Shown here in pieces: positions 28,385-36,652 of a DNA stretch of 64,000 nucleotides; position 1 is the stretch's first letter; each line of letters begins with the position of its first letter. Below the pieces are notes generated by a model, which was not told where the DNA came from, did not search any database, and worked only from the letters and a program-made list of their open reading frames with translations. Made by a program: the position numbers and the translations under genes. Source of the stretch: Lachnospiraceae bacterium (GTDB lineage Bacteria; Bacillota; Clostridia; Lachnospirales; Lachnospiraceae); assembly GCA_045616585.1 (NCBI GenBank), contig JAZLGZ010000088.1, positions 11,161 through 75,160 on the forward strand. The letters run 5' to 3'.

Positions 28385-29824
28385 ATGATGCGTTCGTTAT
28401 ATTCTGGTGTTTCCGGACTTAAGGTACATCAGACTAAGATGGATGTTATTGGTAACAACATTTCTAACGTTAATACCGTAGGCTTCAAGTCAAGCTCGGT
28501 AAACTTTTCAGATATTCTTTATCAGACAACAAGCAATGCTTCGGGCCCCAATCCCACAACCGGTACTGCAGGTATCAATGCAAAGCAGATCGGTCTTGGT
28601 GCAAGTGTTGCTGCGATTTCTTCGACCGTTGCGGTTTCGGGCGGATCTCAAAGAACGGACAATGCACTTGATATTATGATTGAGGGCAGCCAGTTTTTTA
28701 TCGTAAATAACGGAGTCCAGAACTATTTCACAAAAGCAGGTGCCTTTACCGTTGATGCGGCAGGCGTTCTGTGCAACACAGCCGGCTGCAAGGTTATGGG
28801 ATGGCAGGTTGACAAAAACGATCCCACAAAGACTGTTCAGGACACTGTTTCCGAACTTCGCGTTATGTCTCCTGAGACTCAATATATTGAGCCTCAGGCT
28901 ACTTCCAACGTATATGTAAGCGGCAATATCGATTACAAGGATACCCAGCTTACTACAGATACCGGAAAGACAACAACTCTTTCTTTCTATGACAGACTCG
29001 GACAGAGTTACATGGCAGTCATGAAGGTGGTTCAGTCGGAAGAAAGTACCAATGAGTACAATGTAAGCATTACAAATATTCTTGATGCAAAGGGTGAATC
29101 GATTTTTATTAAGAAGACCGTTGCAGATGACGGAACAATCGAGTATTCGCGAAACGAAGCATACTTAGGATTTTCTTTCGGCGGAACCGATTTTACGCCC
29201 GATGTTGATGAAGACGGAAATCTTGTTATAGACGCTGATTCTCCTGTAAGACTTTCCTTTGATGCGGCTACCGGTAAGTTTAAGTCGGTAGGCGAAGAAG
29301 AGGGCGGCAAGAGCGTTAAGTTTAATGTAACGACAGATCCTTCTCCTTTCGAGGAAATCGATGTTGACTTTTCATCGATGACTATGTACGCAAGCAGCGG
29401 TTCTTCAAGCTTCTCCTGTTCAAGAGGTGCACTTGCGGACGGCAACGGCGCAGGTTCTCCCAAGGGTGAGATGACCGGTATCAGCGTAGATACTTCCGGA
29501 CGTATTTACGGAACATACGACAACGGTGATACAAAGCTTCTGTGTCAGATTGCCGTAGCAAGCTTCGCGAATGCCGCAGGTCTTGAGGCAGTAGGTAATA
29601 ACCTTTATGCAGCCACAATGAACTCCGGTGATTTTGACGGTGTAGGTGAGGATATCTCTGCAGCGGGCGGAAAGATGAACACAGGTGTACTTGAAATGTC
29701 AAATGTAGATCTTTCTACGGAATTTACCCAGATGATTACCACTCAGCGTGGTTTCCAGGCAAATTCAAGAATTATCACTACTTCGGATACACTTCTTGAG
29801 GAACTTATCAACCTTAAGAGATAA
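28385..29824 (+). CDS. flgE: Flagellar hook protein FlgE.
   Basis: N-terminal MMRSLYSGVSGLKVHQTKMDVIGNNISNVNT and C-terminal MITTQRGFQANSRIITTSDTLLEELINLKR. Confidence 0.93.
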   Translation: MMRSLYSGVSGLKVHQTKMDVIGNNISNVNTVGFKSSSVNFSDILYQTTSNASGPNPTTGTAGINAKQIGLGASVAAISSTVAVSGGSQRTDNALDIMIEGSQFFIVNNGVQNYFTKAGAFTVDAAGVLCNTAGCKVMGWQVDKNDPTKTVQDTVSELRVMSPETQYIEPQATSNVYVSGNIDYKDTQLTTDTGKTTTLSFYDRLGQSYMAVMKVVQSEESTNEYNVSITNILDAKGESIFIKKTVADDGTIEYSRNEAYLGFSFGGTDFTPDVDEDGNLVIDADSPVRLSFDAATGKFKSVGEEEGGKSVKFNVTTDPSPFEEIDVDFSSMTMYASSGSSSFSCSRGALADGNGAGSPKGEMTGISVDTSGRIYGTYDNGDTKLLCQIAVASFANAAGLEAVGNNLYAATMNSGDFDGVGEDISAAGGKMNTGVLEMSNVDLSTEFTQMITTQRGFQANSRIITTSDTLLEELINLKR

Positions 29825-29851
29825 AATTAAAGTGAAATAAATAAGTAACAC

Positions 29852-29907
29852 ACCGACAGCGGCCCTGAAAAAGGGGCTACTGTCGGTATTTGGCGTATTT
29901 TTTTATA
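29852..29907 (+). terminator. Terminator-like stem-loop after flgE (possible intra-operon attenuator).
   Basis: About 13-bp GC-rich stem (ACCGACAGCGGCCC / GGGGCTACTGTCGGT, one mismatch) followed by ATTT...TATTTTTTTA. Confidence 0.5.
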
Positions 29908-29960
29908 GGCGTCGGTTATGTGCCGGTGACTGTATATTATGATTTTACGGGGATTGACTG

Positions 29961-30164
29961 ATGATTGATGTAACGCTTTTGAGCGGAAAGCAGATTACGG
30001 TAAATGCCGACCTTATCGAGACAATTGATGAGGTTCCCGATACCGTTCTGGCGCTTACCACGGGCAAAAAAATTATTGTCAAAGAAAGTAGACAAAAGGT
30101 TGTAAGTCTAGTAAAATTGTATAAGCGGGATATTTATGCCCGTTATTCTGCAATGGAAGAATAA
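29961..30164 (+). CDS. flbD: Flagellar protein FlbD.
   Basis: 67 aa starting MIDVTLLSGKQITVNADLIETI, the FlbD family. Precedes motA, as in clostridia and spirochaetes. Confidence 0.85.
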   Translation: MIDVTLLSGKQITVNADLIETIDEVPDTVLALTTGKKIIVKESRQKVVSLVKLYKRDIYARYSAMEE

Positions 30165-30246
30165 ATATTTTGACATTTATGAACTTTTGGGTGTTTCTTT
30201 TATAGAATCTGTTTTCTGATTTTTATCGAATAGGTGGTGTATTGTT

Positions 30247-31044
30247 TTGGATTTAGCTACATTGGTTGGTTTGCTTGCGGCCTTCGGACTGATGATTTTC
30301 GGTATTGCGCAGGGTGATGACGGTATTCTTTGTATCAAAGCATTCTGGGATCTGCCTTCGGTTCTGATTACCTTCGGTGGTGCGTTTGCCGCTACTTTGG
30401 CAACAAACTCCAGTATTCCTGCGTTCCTCGCAAATCTTAAAACTTTTAAGCTTACACTTAAGAAGGTTGAGATAAACGAAGAGGAGACCATCAAAAGCAT
30501 TATCGATCTTTCGAATACAGCCCGTAAGGAAGGTCTTCTTGCACTTGAAGAGGCTGCCAACGGTATTGAGGATGCGTTCCTGAAAAAAGGACTTTTGCTT
30601 ATTGTCGACGGTACCGACCCTGAGCTTGTACGCTCAATCATGGAGACCGAGCTGGCATGCGTCGAGAGCCGTCATAAAGAAGGTATAGGCTTCTGGGAAG
30701 GACTCGGAGCCGCAGGACCTGCGTGGGGTATGATCGGTACCCTTATCGGTCTTATCAACATGCTCGGTAACCTTAGTGATATTAACTCCGTAGGTCCCAA
30801 CATGGCGGTTGCTCTTGTTACAACCTTCTACGGTTCACTGCTTGCGAACTGGGTATGTACGCCTATTGCCTCAAAACTTAAATCAAACAATGCTTCGGAG
30901 ATTGCCATGAAAGAAGTTGTGGTCGAAGGACTGCTTTCCATTCAGGCAGGTGAGAACCCTCGAGTTATCGAGGAAAAGCTTAAGTCGTTCCTTTCACCCG
31001 ACAAGCGTGAAAACATGACGAGCAACCAAGGCGGTGAGAATTAA
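30247..31044 (+). CDS. motA: Flagellar stator protein MotA.
   Basis: TTG start after GGTGGTG. Four TM helices with GPAWGMIGTLIGLINML and a MotA/ExbB C-terminal block. Confidence 0.92.
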   Translation: MDLATLVGLLAAFGLMIFGIAQGDDGILCIKAFWDLPSVLITFGGAFAATLATNSSIPAFLANLKTFKLTLKKVEINEEETIKSIIDLSNTARKEGLLALEEAANGIEDAFLKKGLLLIVDGTDPELVRSIMETELACVESRHKEGIGFWEGLGAAGPAWGMIGTLIGLINMLGNLSDINSVGPNMAVALVTTFYGSLLANWVCTPIASKLKSNNASEIAMKEVVVEGLLSIQAGENPRVIEEKLKSFLSPDKRENMTSNQGGEN

Positions 31045-31988
31045 TGGCTAAAAGAAAGCAGGAGGAATCCGGCGGCGGTGGCTCACCCGCGTGGATGGCG
31101 ACGTTCTCGGATCTGATGAACCTGCTGCTTTGCTTCTTCGTTCTTCTTTTCTCAATGTCGAGTGTAGATGCGAATAAGTGGGAGCAGGTTGTGGCTTCAA
31201 TGTCAAGTGCTTTCAGTGTATTCAGTTCCGGAAGTACTTCGATAGGAAACGGAAGCCTTGTGGGTATCGGTACTTCACAGTTATCGAACCTTGATGAATA
31301 TTACAGCAGTTTGGGCCAGACCTCAAAGGATGACGGCGAGGATCCCAAGGATACATCACAGGACAGGCCTGTTGAAGGAGAATCCGACAGTCAGGGCAAC
31401 GAAGGTGATATTTCCACGGGAACAGGCAACAAAGTGGATGACAATGCCGGCGGCGCAAGCGAAGACACCTCGGAAGGCGGAAAGACTCTCATGGATCAGC
31501 TTGCTGCCATGGGCCGTGTGGAAACCGAAGAGATGCTCGACAACATATCCGAGCGTACTGAACTTTACAATATCGACGGAATGCTCGAAGTATCGATGGA
31601 CGGTCAGGGCAAATATGTTGAGATTACTTTGAGCGGATCGATGCTCTTCGAGACAGGAAGTGCCGAACTTCAGAATTCATGTCTGCCGCTTCTTTCAAAA
31701 GTCGGCGATATATTGAAGGTATATTCAGGCCATAATATCGATATTATCGGACATACCGACAATGTTCCGATGAAGTCAAGCAAGTATGCGGACAACGATA
31801 TTCTTTCGTCTGCGCGTGCAATCAGTGCCGCACAGTATCTTGTAAAGGAAAAGGGTATCGATGTAAACCGTTTAAGCTGGACGGGACGAGGAGAATATGA
31901 ACCTGTGGCATCCAACGCGACAGCGGACGGAAGAGCCCGCAACAGACGAATCGAGATCAGAATTTACAATTCGTACAATTCAGACTGA
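31044..31988 (+). CDS. motB: Flagellar stator protein MotB (OmpA-like peptidoglycan anchor).
   Basis: TAATG overlap with motA. PAWMATFSDLMNLLLCFFVLLF plug/TM region containing the conserved Asp. C-terminal OmpA-like domain (NRRIEI). Confidence 0.9.
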   Translation: MAKRKQEESGGGGSPAWMATFSDLMNLLLCFFVLLFSMSSVDANKWEQVVASMSSAFSVFSSGSTSIGNGSLVGIGTSQLSNLDEYYSSLGQTSKDDGEDPKDTSQDRPVEGESDSQGNEGDISTGTGNKVDDNAGGASEDTSEGGKTLMDQLAAMGRVETEEMLDNISERTELYNIDGMLEVSMDGQGKYVEITLSGSMLFETGSAELQNSCLPLLSKVGDILKVYSGHNIDIIGHTDNVPMKSSKYADNDILSSARAISAAQYLVKEKGIDVNRLSWTGRGEYEPVASNATADGRARNRRIEIRIYNSYNSD

Positions 31989-32072
31989 AACTCATTTTTG
32001 TACGGAAAGCAGTGAAATGCATGTTTGTTTTACAGTGTGCGGACCGTATGAACGAAAGGAGAACTTCGATTT

Positions 32073-32588
32073 ATGAAGAAAAATATGCTGGCAATGCTGA
32101 TACTTATTGTGCTTGTAGTGGATCTTACACTTACGGCATATATGGTATTTACGGTTGTTCCCAATGCCAAGAGAACGGATCAGCTGATCACAAAGATTAT
32201 GCAGATTATTGATCTTGAGCTTGAATCACCGATTCCTTCGGATGTCACGGTGTCCTGGGACATAAAGGATGTTGAGAAGTATGAACTCGGCGAGATGACT
32301 ACCAACCTTGCACTCGGTGACGACGGAAAGCCTCATTATGCTGTTGTTAATGCAAGCCTTACCATCAATACAAAGGATGAGGATTACAAGGATCTCGGAC
32401 CTAAGGTTGATGTTATGAAGAGCGATATTACTGCTGTAGTTAAGAACGAGATTTCGAAATACAGCTATGAGGAGATAAATGCGGCAGACACAAAGGCTGC
32501 AATTAAGGAGCAAATCCTTGCGGACCTTCAGAGTCTGTTCAAGTCGAAGATGATTGTCGACGTTACTTTGGATTATCTGGTTCAGTAA
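32073..32588 (+). CDS. fliL: Flagellar basal-body-associated protein FliL.
   Basis: Single N-terminal TM helix plus a FliL-type periplasmic domain. Position is just before fliM. Confidence 0.85.
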   Translation: MKKNMLAMLILIVLVVDLTLTAYMVFTVVPNAKRTDQLITKIMQIIDLELESPIPSDVTVSWDIKDVEKYELGEMTTNLALGDDGKPHYAVVNASLTINTKDEDYKDLGPKVDVMKSDITAVVKNEISKYSYEEINAADTKAAIKEQILADLQSLFKSKMIVDVTLDYLVQ

Positions 32589-32606
32589 TTTTGAGGAGGA
32601 ACAGCT

Positions 32607-33590
32607 ATGGGTGATGTATTATCCCAAAGCGAGATAGATAACCTACTGGCCGCTTTGAGCAGCGGTGAACTTGATGCCGATGAAATAAAAGAAACTGCGA
32701 ATGACAAAGTTGTAAAGAACTACGATTTCAACCGACCTTCAAAATTCTCCAAGGAGCATTTAAGAACCCTTGAAATCATATTTGAGCATTACAGTCGTCT
32801 TTTATCAACATCACTTCCTGTTTACCTGCGCAAGAACGTTCAGGTAGAGGTGATCAATTCGGAAGCACAAATTTATTCGGAGTTTTCAAACGCTCTTTCA
32901 AACCCCGTACTTTTGGGCATTATCGATTTTGCGCCTCTTGAGGGTAATATTATCATTGAAATAGCTGACAATATCGGCTATGCGATAGTTGACCGAATGC
33001 TCGGAGGCAACGGTGTACCGCTCGAAAAATCACGAGAATTCTCCGAAATCGAGTTGGTCATTATCGAAAGAATTTTTACGGTTATTACAAACCTGCTGAT
33101 GGAACCGTGGAACAACGTAGTTCATCTCGAACCCCGACTTCAGCGAATAGAAACCAACTCACAGTTCGCCCAGATTATTTCGCCCAGTGAGATGGCTTCA
33201 ATTGTTACAATGAACATGAAAATCGGAAACATCGAAGGAATGATAAACGTATGTCTTCCTTACGAAGTTCTCGAACCCGTTATAGATAAGCTGAACACAA
33301 AGTACTGGTATTCGTCGGTAAAGACAACGGATTCCTTTACTTACAAGGATCAGCTTGAAATTGCAATTGCAAAGGCCAAGATTCCGATTAAGGCCGAGCT
33401 TGGAAAGAGCACTATTTCTCTGAAGGATTTTGTAAATCTTCAGAGAGGTGACATTATCAAGCTCAATACCAAAACGAGCGATGAGCTTTCGGTATATGTC
33501 GGAAATATTAAAAAGTTTCTCGCACTGCCCGGATCCGCTTCGGATTCGTACGCAGTTAAAATATCACACGTTATAAGGGAGGAGGAGTAA
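32607..33590 (+). CDS. fliM: Flagellar motor switch protein FliM.
   Basis: N-terminal CheY-P binding motif LSQSEIDNLL, a CheC-like middle domain and a SpoA C-domain. Confidence 0.93.
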   Translation: MGDVLSQSEIDNLLAALSSGELDADEIKETANDKVVKNYDFNRPSKFSKEHLRTLEIIFEHYSRLLSTSLPVYLRKNVQVEVINSEAQIYSEFSNALSNPVLLGIIDFAPLEGNIIIEIADNIGYAIVDRMLGGNGVPLEKSREFSEIELVIIERIFTVITNLLMEPWNNVVHLEPRLQRIETNSQFAQIISPSEMASIVTMNMKIGNIEGMINVCLPYEVLEPVIDKLNTKYWYSSVKTTDSFTYKDQLEIAIAKAKIPIKAELGKSTISLKDFVNLQRGDIIKLNTKTSDELSVYVGNIKKFLALPGSASDSYAVKISHVIREEE

Positions 33591-33592
33591 TT

Positions 33593-34786
33593 ATGGATGG
33601 CATGCTTTCACAGGAAGAAATAAATGCTTTGCTTAACGGCATGGGCTCCGACAACTCCGCACCTGCTGCTTCGGATGATTCGGCTCCCGCTACATACAGC
33701 GATTCACTTACCGACAACGAAAAAGATGCTGTCGGTGAAGTATCGAACATCAGCATGGGTACAGCAGCGACTACACTGTCCTCGCTGCTGAATCAGAAGG
33801 TAAACATTACAACACCCAAGGTTTCTTATTCAAGATGGACCGAACTTCTTAAAGAGTACGAGAGACCTTGCGTATTTATCCAGATTTATTACACTGCCGG
33901 ACTGGACGGAAATAATATCCTCATTATGAGGGAGTCCGATGTTAAAATTATCACCGATCTTATGATGGGCGGTCCCGGAGTTGAGAATGAGGGTGAACTT
34001 TCCGAACTTCACCTGAGTGCGATTTGTGAGGCTATGAACCAGATGATGGGTTCGTCCTCGACATCTATGTCGGCGATGCTCGACAAGAAGATCGATATCA
34101 GTCCTCCGACAGCAAGCCTTGTTGATCTTTCAACAATGATGGATGCGGGAGACATCGCGGAGTTCCTTAAAAAGGATTTCGTAAAAGTCAGCTTCCGTAT
34201 GGAAATCGGAGACCTCATTGACAGTGAGATTATGCAGCTGTATTCATTCGACTTCGCAAGAGGTCTTTACAGTCAGTTTATGGCAAACAGCGGCTTGACG
34301 GATTCGGCACCGGCTCCTGCAGCGGCACCCGAGCCTGAGCCTGCAGCGCCTGCACCTGCAGCGGCACCCGCTCCCGATCCTGCCATGATGCAGCAGCCGA
34401 TGATGCAGCAGCCCATGATGCAGCAGCCCATGATGCAGCAGCCGATGATGATGCCTCAGGCTATGCCATATCAGACGATGCCCGTACAGGATGTTAATAT
34501 TTCCCCTGTTGCCTTTCAGCCCTTCACTCAGGTCAATTCACCTCTGCTTCAGACGGAGAATATCGATCTGCTGCTTGATGTACCGCTTGAGGTTACAGCG
34601 GAACTCGGACGCACATCAAAATCGATCAAAGAAATTCTTGATTTTGCTCCGGGAACGATTATCGAGCTTAACCGACTTGCCGGAGAACCTATCGATGTAC
34701 TCGTCAACGGAAAGTTTGTTGCAAAGGGTGAGGTAGTAGTAATCGAAGAAGCTTTCGGTATTCGAGTCACTGAAGTTGTAAAGTAA
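33593..34786 (+). CDS. fliY: Flagellar motor switch protein/phosphatase FliY (CheC-like domain plus FliN-type SpoA domain).
   Basis: N-terminal LSQEEINALL, CheC-like repeats (DAVGEVSNISMG, LSAICEAMNQMMG), a Pro/Ala/Gln linker and a FliN C-terminus (LLDVPLEVTAELGRT). Confidence 0.9.
   Translation: MDGMLSQEEINALLNGMGSDNSAPAASDDSAPATYSDSLTDNEKDAVGEVSNISMGTAATTLSSLLNQKVNITTPKVSYSRWTELLKEYERPCVFIQIYYTAGLDGNNILIMRESDVKIITDLMMGGPGVENEGELSELHLSAICEAMNQMMGSSSTSMSAMLDKKIDISPPTASLVDLSTMMDAGDIAEFLKKDFVKVSFRMEIGDLIDSEIMQLYSFDFARGLYSQFMANSGLTDSAPAPAAAPEPEPAAPAPAAAPAPDPAMMQQPMMQQPMMQQPMMQQPMMMPQAMPYQTMPVQDVNISPVAFQPFTQVNSPLLQTENIDLLLDVPLEVTAELGRTSKSIKEILDFAPGTIIELNRLAGEPIDVLVNGKFVAKGEVVVIEEAFGIRVTEVVK
34385..34450 (+). 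repeat. 15-bp tandem repeat, 4 copies (ATGATGCAGCAGCCS), encoding (MMQQP)4 in the FliY linker.
   Basis: Read directly from the DNA: units at 34385, 34400, 34415 and 34430, differing only at the wobble base. Confidence 0.9.
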
Positions 34787-34797
34787 GGAGAGTGCAT

Positions 34798-35358
34798 ATG
34801 CTGTTTCTTGCTACAAGTTTTACCGGACTCGGCAATATCATGAAGCTTATTGGTCTGATTATTCTTTGTATCATAATAATAGCTGCCAGCTACTATACAA
34901 CAAAGTTCATCGGACAAAAGCAGATGGGCAATGTTGGAGAATCGAATTTCAAGTCCATTGATGTTTACAGAATCAATCAGAATAAATACATTCAGATTCT
35001 TAAGGTTGCCAATAAATATTTGGTAATTGCGGTATGCAAAGATACCGTTACTCTGCTCGGAGAACTGGAAGAAAGCGAGATTACTTTCAAGAACAGGGAT
35101 AAAAAGCGCACCTTCAAGGATATTCTTGATAAAGTTTCCGCGGAGAAAGCAGATACAATGCTTGAGAATCCCGACGAGTCGGAGAATCTTGAGGAGTTTT
35201 GTGAAACGGAAGAGAATCCGGATTTGGAAAAGTTTTCTGCCGAGGACAGTGTTGAAAAAGCATGTGACACAGAGGATAAAGCGGATTTGACCGATGGGGA
35301 ACAGCTTTTGAACGGTGAATGCATATCTGATTGTGAAACAGAAGCGAAAACCGAATAA
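34798..35358 (+). CDS. fliO: Flagellar biosynthesis protein FliO (FliZ of B. subtilis) with a long acidic Cys-containing tail.
   Basis: Single TM helix (LIGLIILCIIIIAASYY) plus a FliO-type core (YIQILKVANKYLVIAV). Lies immediately upstream of fliP. ATG 34798 is 7 nt after AAGGAGA. Confidence 0.7.
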   Translation: MLFLATSFTGLGNIMKLIGLIILCIIIIAASYYTTKFIGQKQMGNVGESNFKSIDVYRINQNKYIQILKVANKYLVIAVCKDTVTLLGELEESEITFKNRDKKRTFKDILDKVSAEKADTMLENPDESENLEEFCETEENPDLEKFSAEDSVEKACDTEDKADLTDGEQLLNGECISDCETEAKTE

Positions 35359-35375
35359 TAATACGATATTTTGAT

Positions 35376-35397
35376 GGGAACAGGCTTGCCTGTTCCC
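35376..35397 (+). other. GC-rich stem-loop in the 122-nt fliO-fliP gap.
   Basis: GGGAACAGG-CTTG-CCTGTTCCC, a perfect 9-bp stem with a CUUG tetraloop. The tail ATAATTTGT is only weakly U-rich. Confidence 0.4.
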
Positions 35398-35480
35398 ATA
35401 ATTTGTACTATAATTATTATGAATAACGAGATATTGTGTTATTCGCAACTAAATATATACATAGAAAAGGTTGATATACC

Positions 35481-36350
35481 ATGTATTTTCAGAAAATGAG
35501 AAAGAAGTTAAAAAAGACTCTGGCCTTTGGAGCTTTTCTTTCGATAGTGTGTCTGTTAACCTTTATTTTTCATGCTCCGACGCAGGTAGACGCTACTGAC
35601 ACTGTGCCCGGAGCTTCTTCAATTTCCGACTCAAATGAAGACACCAATACCGATAACGGCTATCTTGAGGGAGATTTGGGAGGCCTGACTTTCAGATTCT
35701 CGGGAGACGGAACGGGTTCGCTTTCCGCGACGCTGCAGATCCTTCTTATACTTACCGTAATTGCGCTTGCACCTTCGATACTGATTATGCTGACTTCGTT
35801 TACGCGTATTATTATCGTCATGCATTTTCTTCGAACGGCTCTCGGTACTCAGACAACTCCTCCGAATCAGGTTCTTATCGGTTTATCTCTGTTCCTTACA
35901 TTGTTTATCATGGCTCCCACTTTCAATACGATCAATACTCAGGCGGTACAGCCTCTTTCAAGAGGTGAGATAAGCTATGAGGAAGCCTTTGACAAGGGTA
36001 TGGAGCCTATCAGAGAGTTTATGTTCAATCAGATGGACGGAAGCGAAAAGGATTTAAGACTTTTCCTTGATATAGCCGGAATCGAAAATGTATCTTCCAG
36101 AGCAGAAGTACCCAACAGAGTATTGATTCCCGCATTTATTATCAGTGAGTTAAGAATTGCGTTTATCATCGGATTCCTGATCTATATACCGTTCCTCATT
36201 ATTGATATGGTTGTTTCTTCAACACTTATGTCGATGGGTATGATGATGCTGCCTCCGACGACTATTTCAATGCCTTTTAAGATACTGTTGTTTATCGTCG
36301 CCGATGGATGGGATCTGATAATCGGCGAGGTCGTACGAACGTTTTTCTAG
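35481..36350 (+). CDS. fliP: Flagellar export gate protein FliP.
   Basis: Signal-like N-terminus, then ILLILTVIALAPSILIMLTSFTRIIIV and MSMGMMMLPP, which are FliP signatures. Confidence 0.95.
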   Translation: MYFQKMRKKLKKTLAFGAFLSIVCLLTFIFHAPTQVDATDTVPGASSISDSNEDTNTDNGYLEGDLGGLTFRFSGDGTGSLSATLQILLILTVIALAPSILIMLTSFTRIIIVMHFLRTALGTQTTPPNQVLIGLSLFLTLFIMAPTFNTINTQAVQPLSRGEISYEEAFDKGMEPIREFMFNQMDGSEKDLRLFLDIAGIENVSSRAEVPNRVLIPAFIISELRIAFIIGFLIYIPFLIIDMVVSSTLMSMGMMMLPPTTISMPFKILLFIVADGWDLIIGEVVRTFF

Positions 36351-36366
36351 CGGAGGGCAGTGAATT

Positions 36367-36636
36367 ATGGATGAAAACACGCTTGTAACACTGCTGGTTG
36401 AGACACTTTACCTGATTATTAAGGTTTCCGCGCCGATGCTTATTGTTTCGCTTGTTGTCGGACTGATAGTCAGTATTCTCCAGACCGTTACATCGATTCA
36501 GGAACAGACACTTACTTTTGTTCCGAAGCTTTTAAGTATATTTCTTGTTCTGATGATTTCGGGAAACTGGATTTTGAAGAACATAGTGGAATACTTTGAG
36601 TATCTTTGTCAGAACTTTTCAATCTTTATACGATGA
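36367..36636 (+). CDS. fliQ: Flagellar export gate protein FliQ.
   Basis: 89-aa two-TM protein (APMLIVSLVVGLIVSILQTVTSIQEQTLTFVPK). Confidence 0.93.
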   Translation: MDENTLVTLLVETLYLIIKVSAPMLIVSLVVGLIVSILQTVTSIQEQTLTFVPKLLSIFLVLMISGNWILKNIVEYFEYLCQNFSIFIR

Positions 36637-36652
36637 CTGAAAGGAGCGGGCT

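Noticed and set aside
32012-32212. A 66-aa + strand ORF overlapping the fliL start region.
   Set aside because: It is out of frame with fliL and overlaps it. It is Cys/Tyr-rich and not protein-like. fliL has its own AAAGGAG RBS and a typical TM N-terminus.
34549-35448. A 299-aa ORF on the minus strand, the longest antisense ORF in the track, opposite fliY and fliO.
   Set aside because: The translation is low-complexity and rich in F, I, L and N, with no recognisable domain and no RBS. It lies entirely antisense to two well-supported flagellar genes. Its openness is explained by the codon bias of the sense genes.
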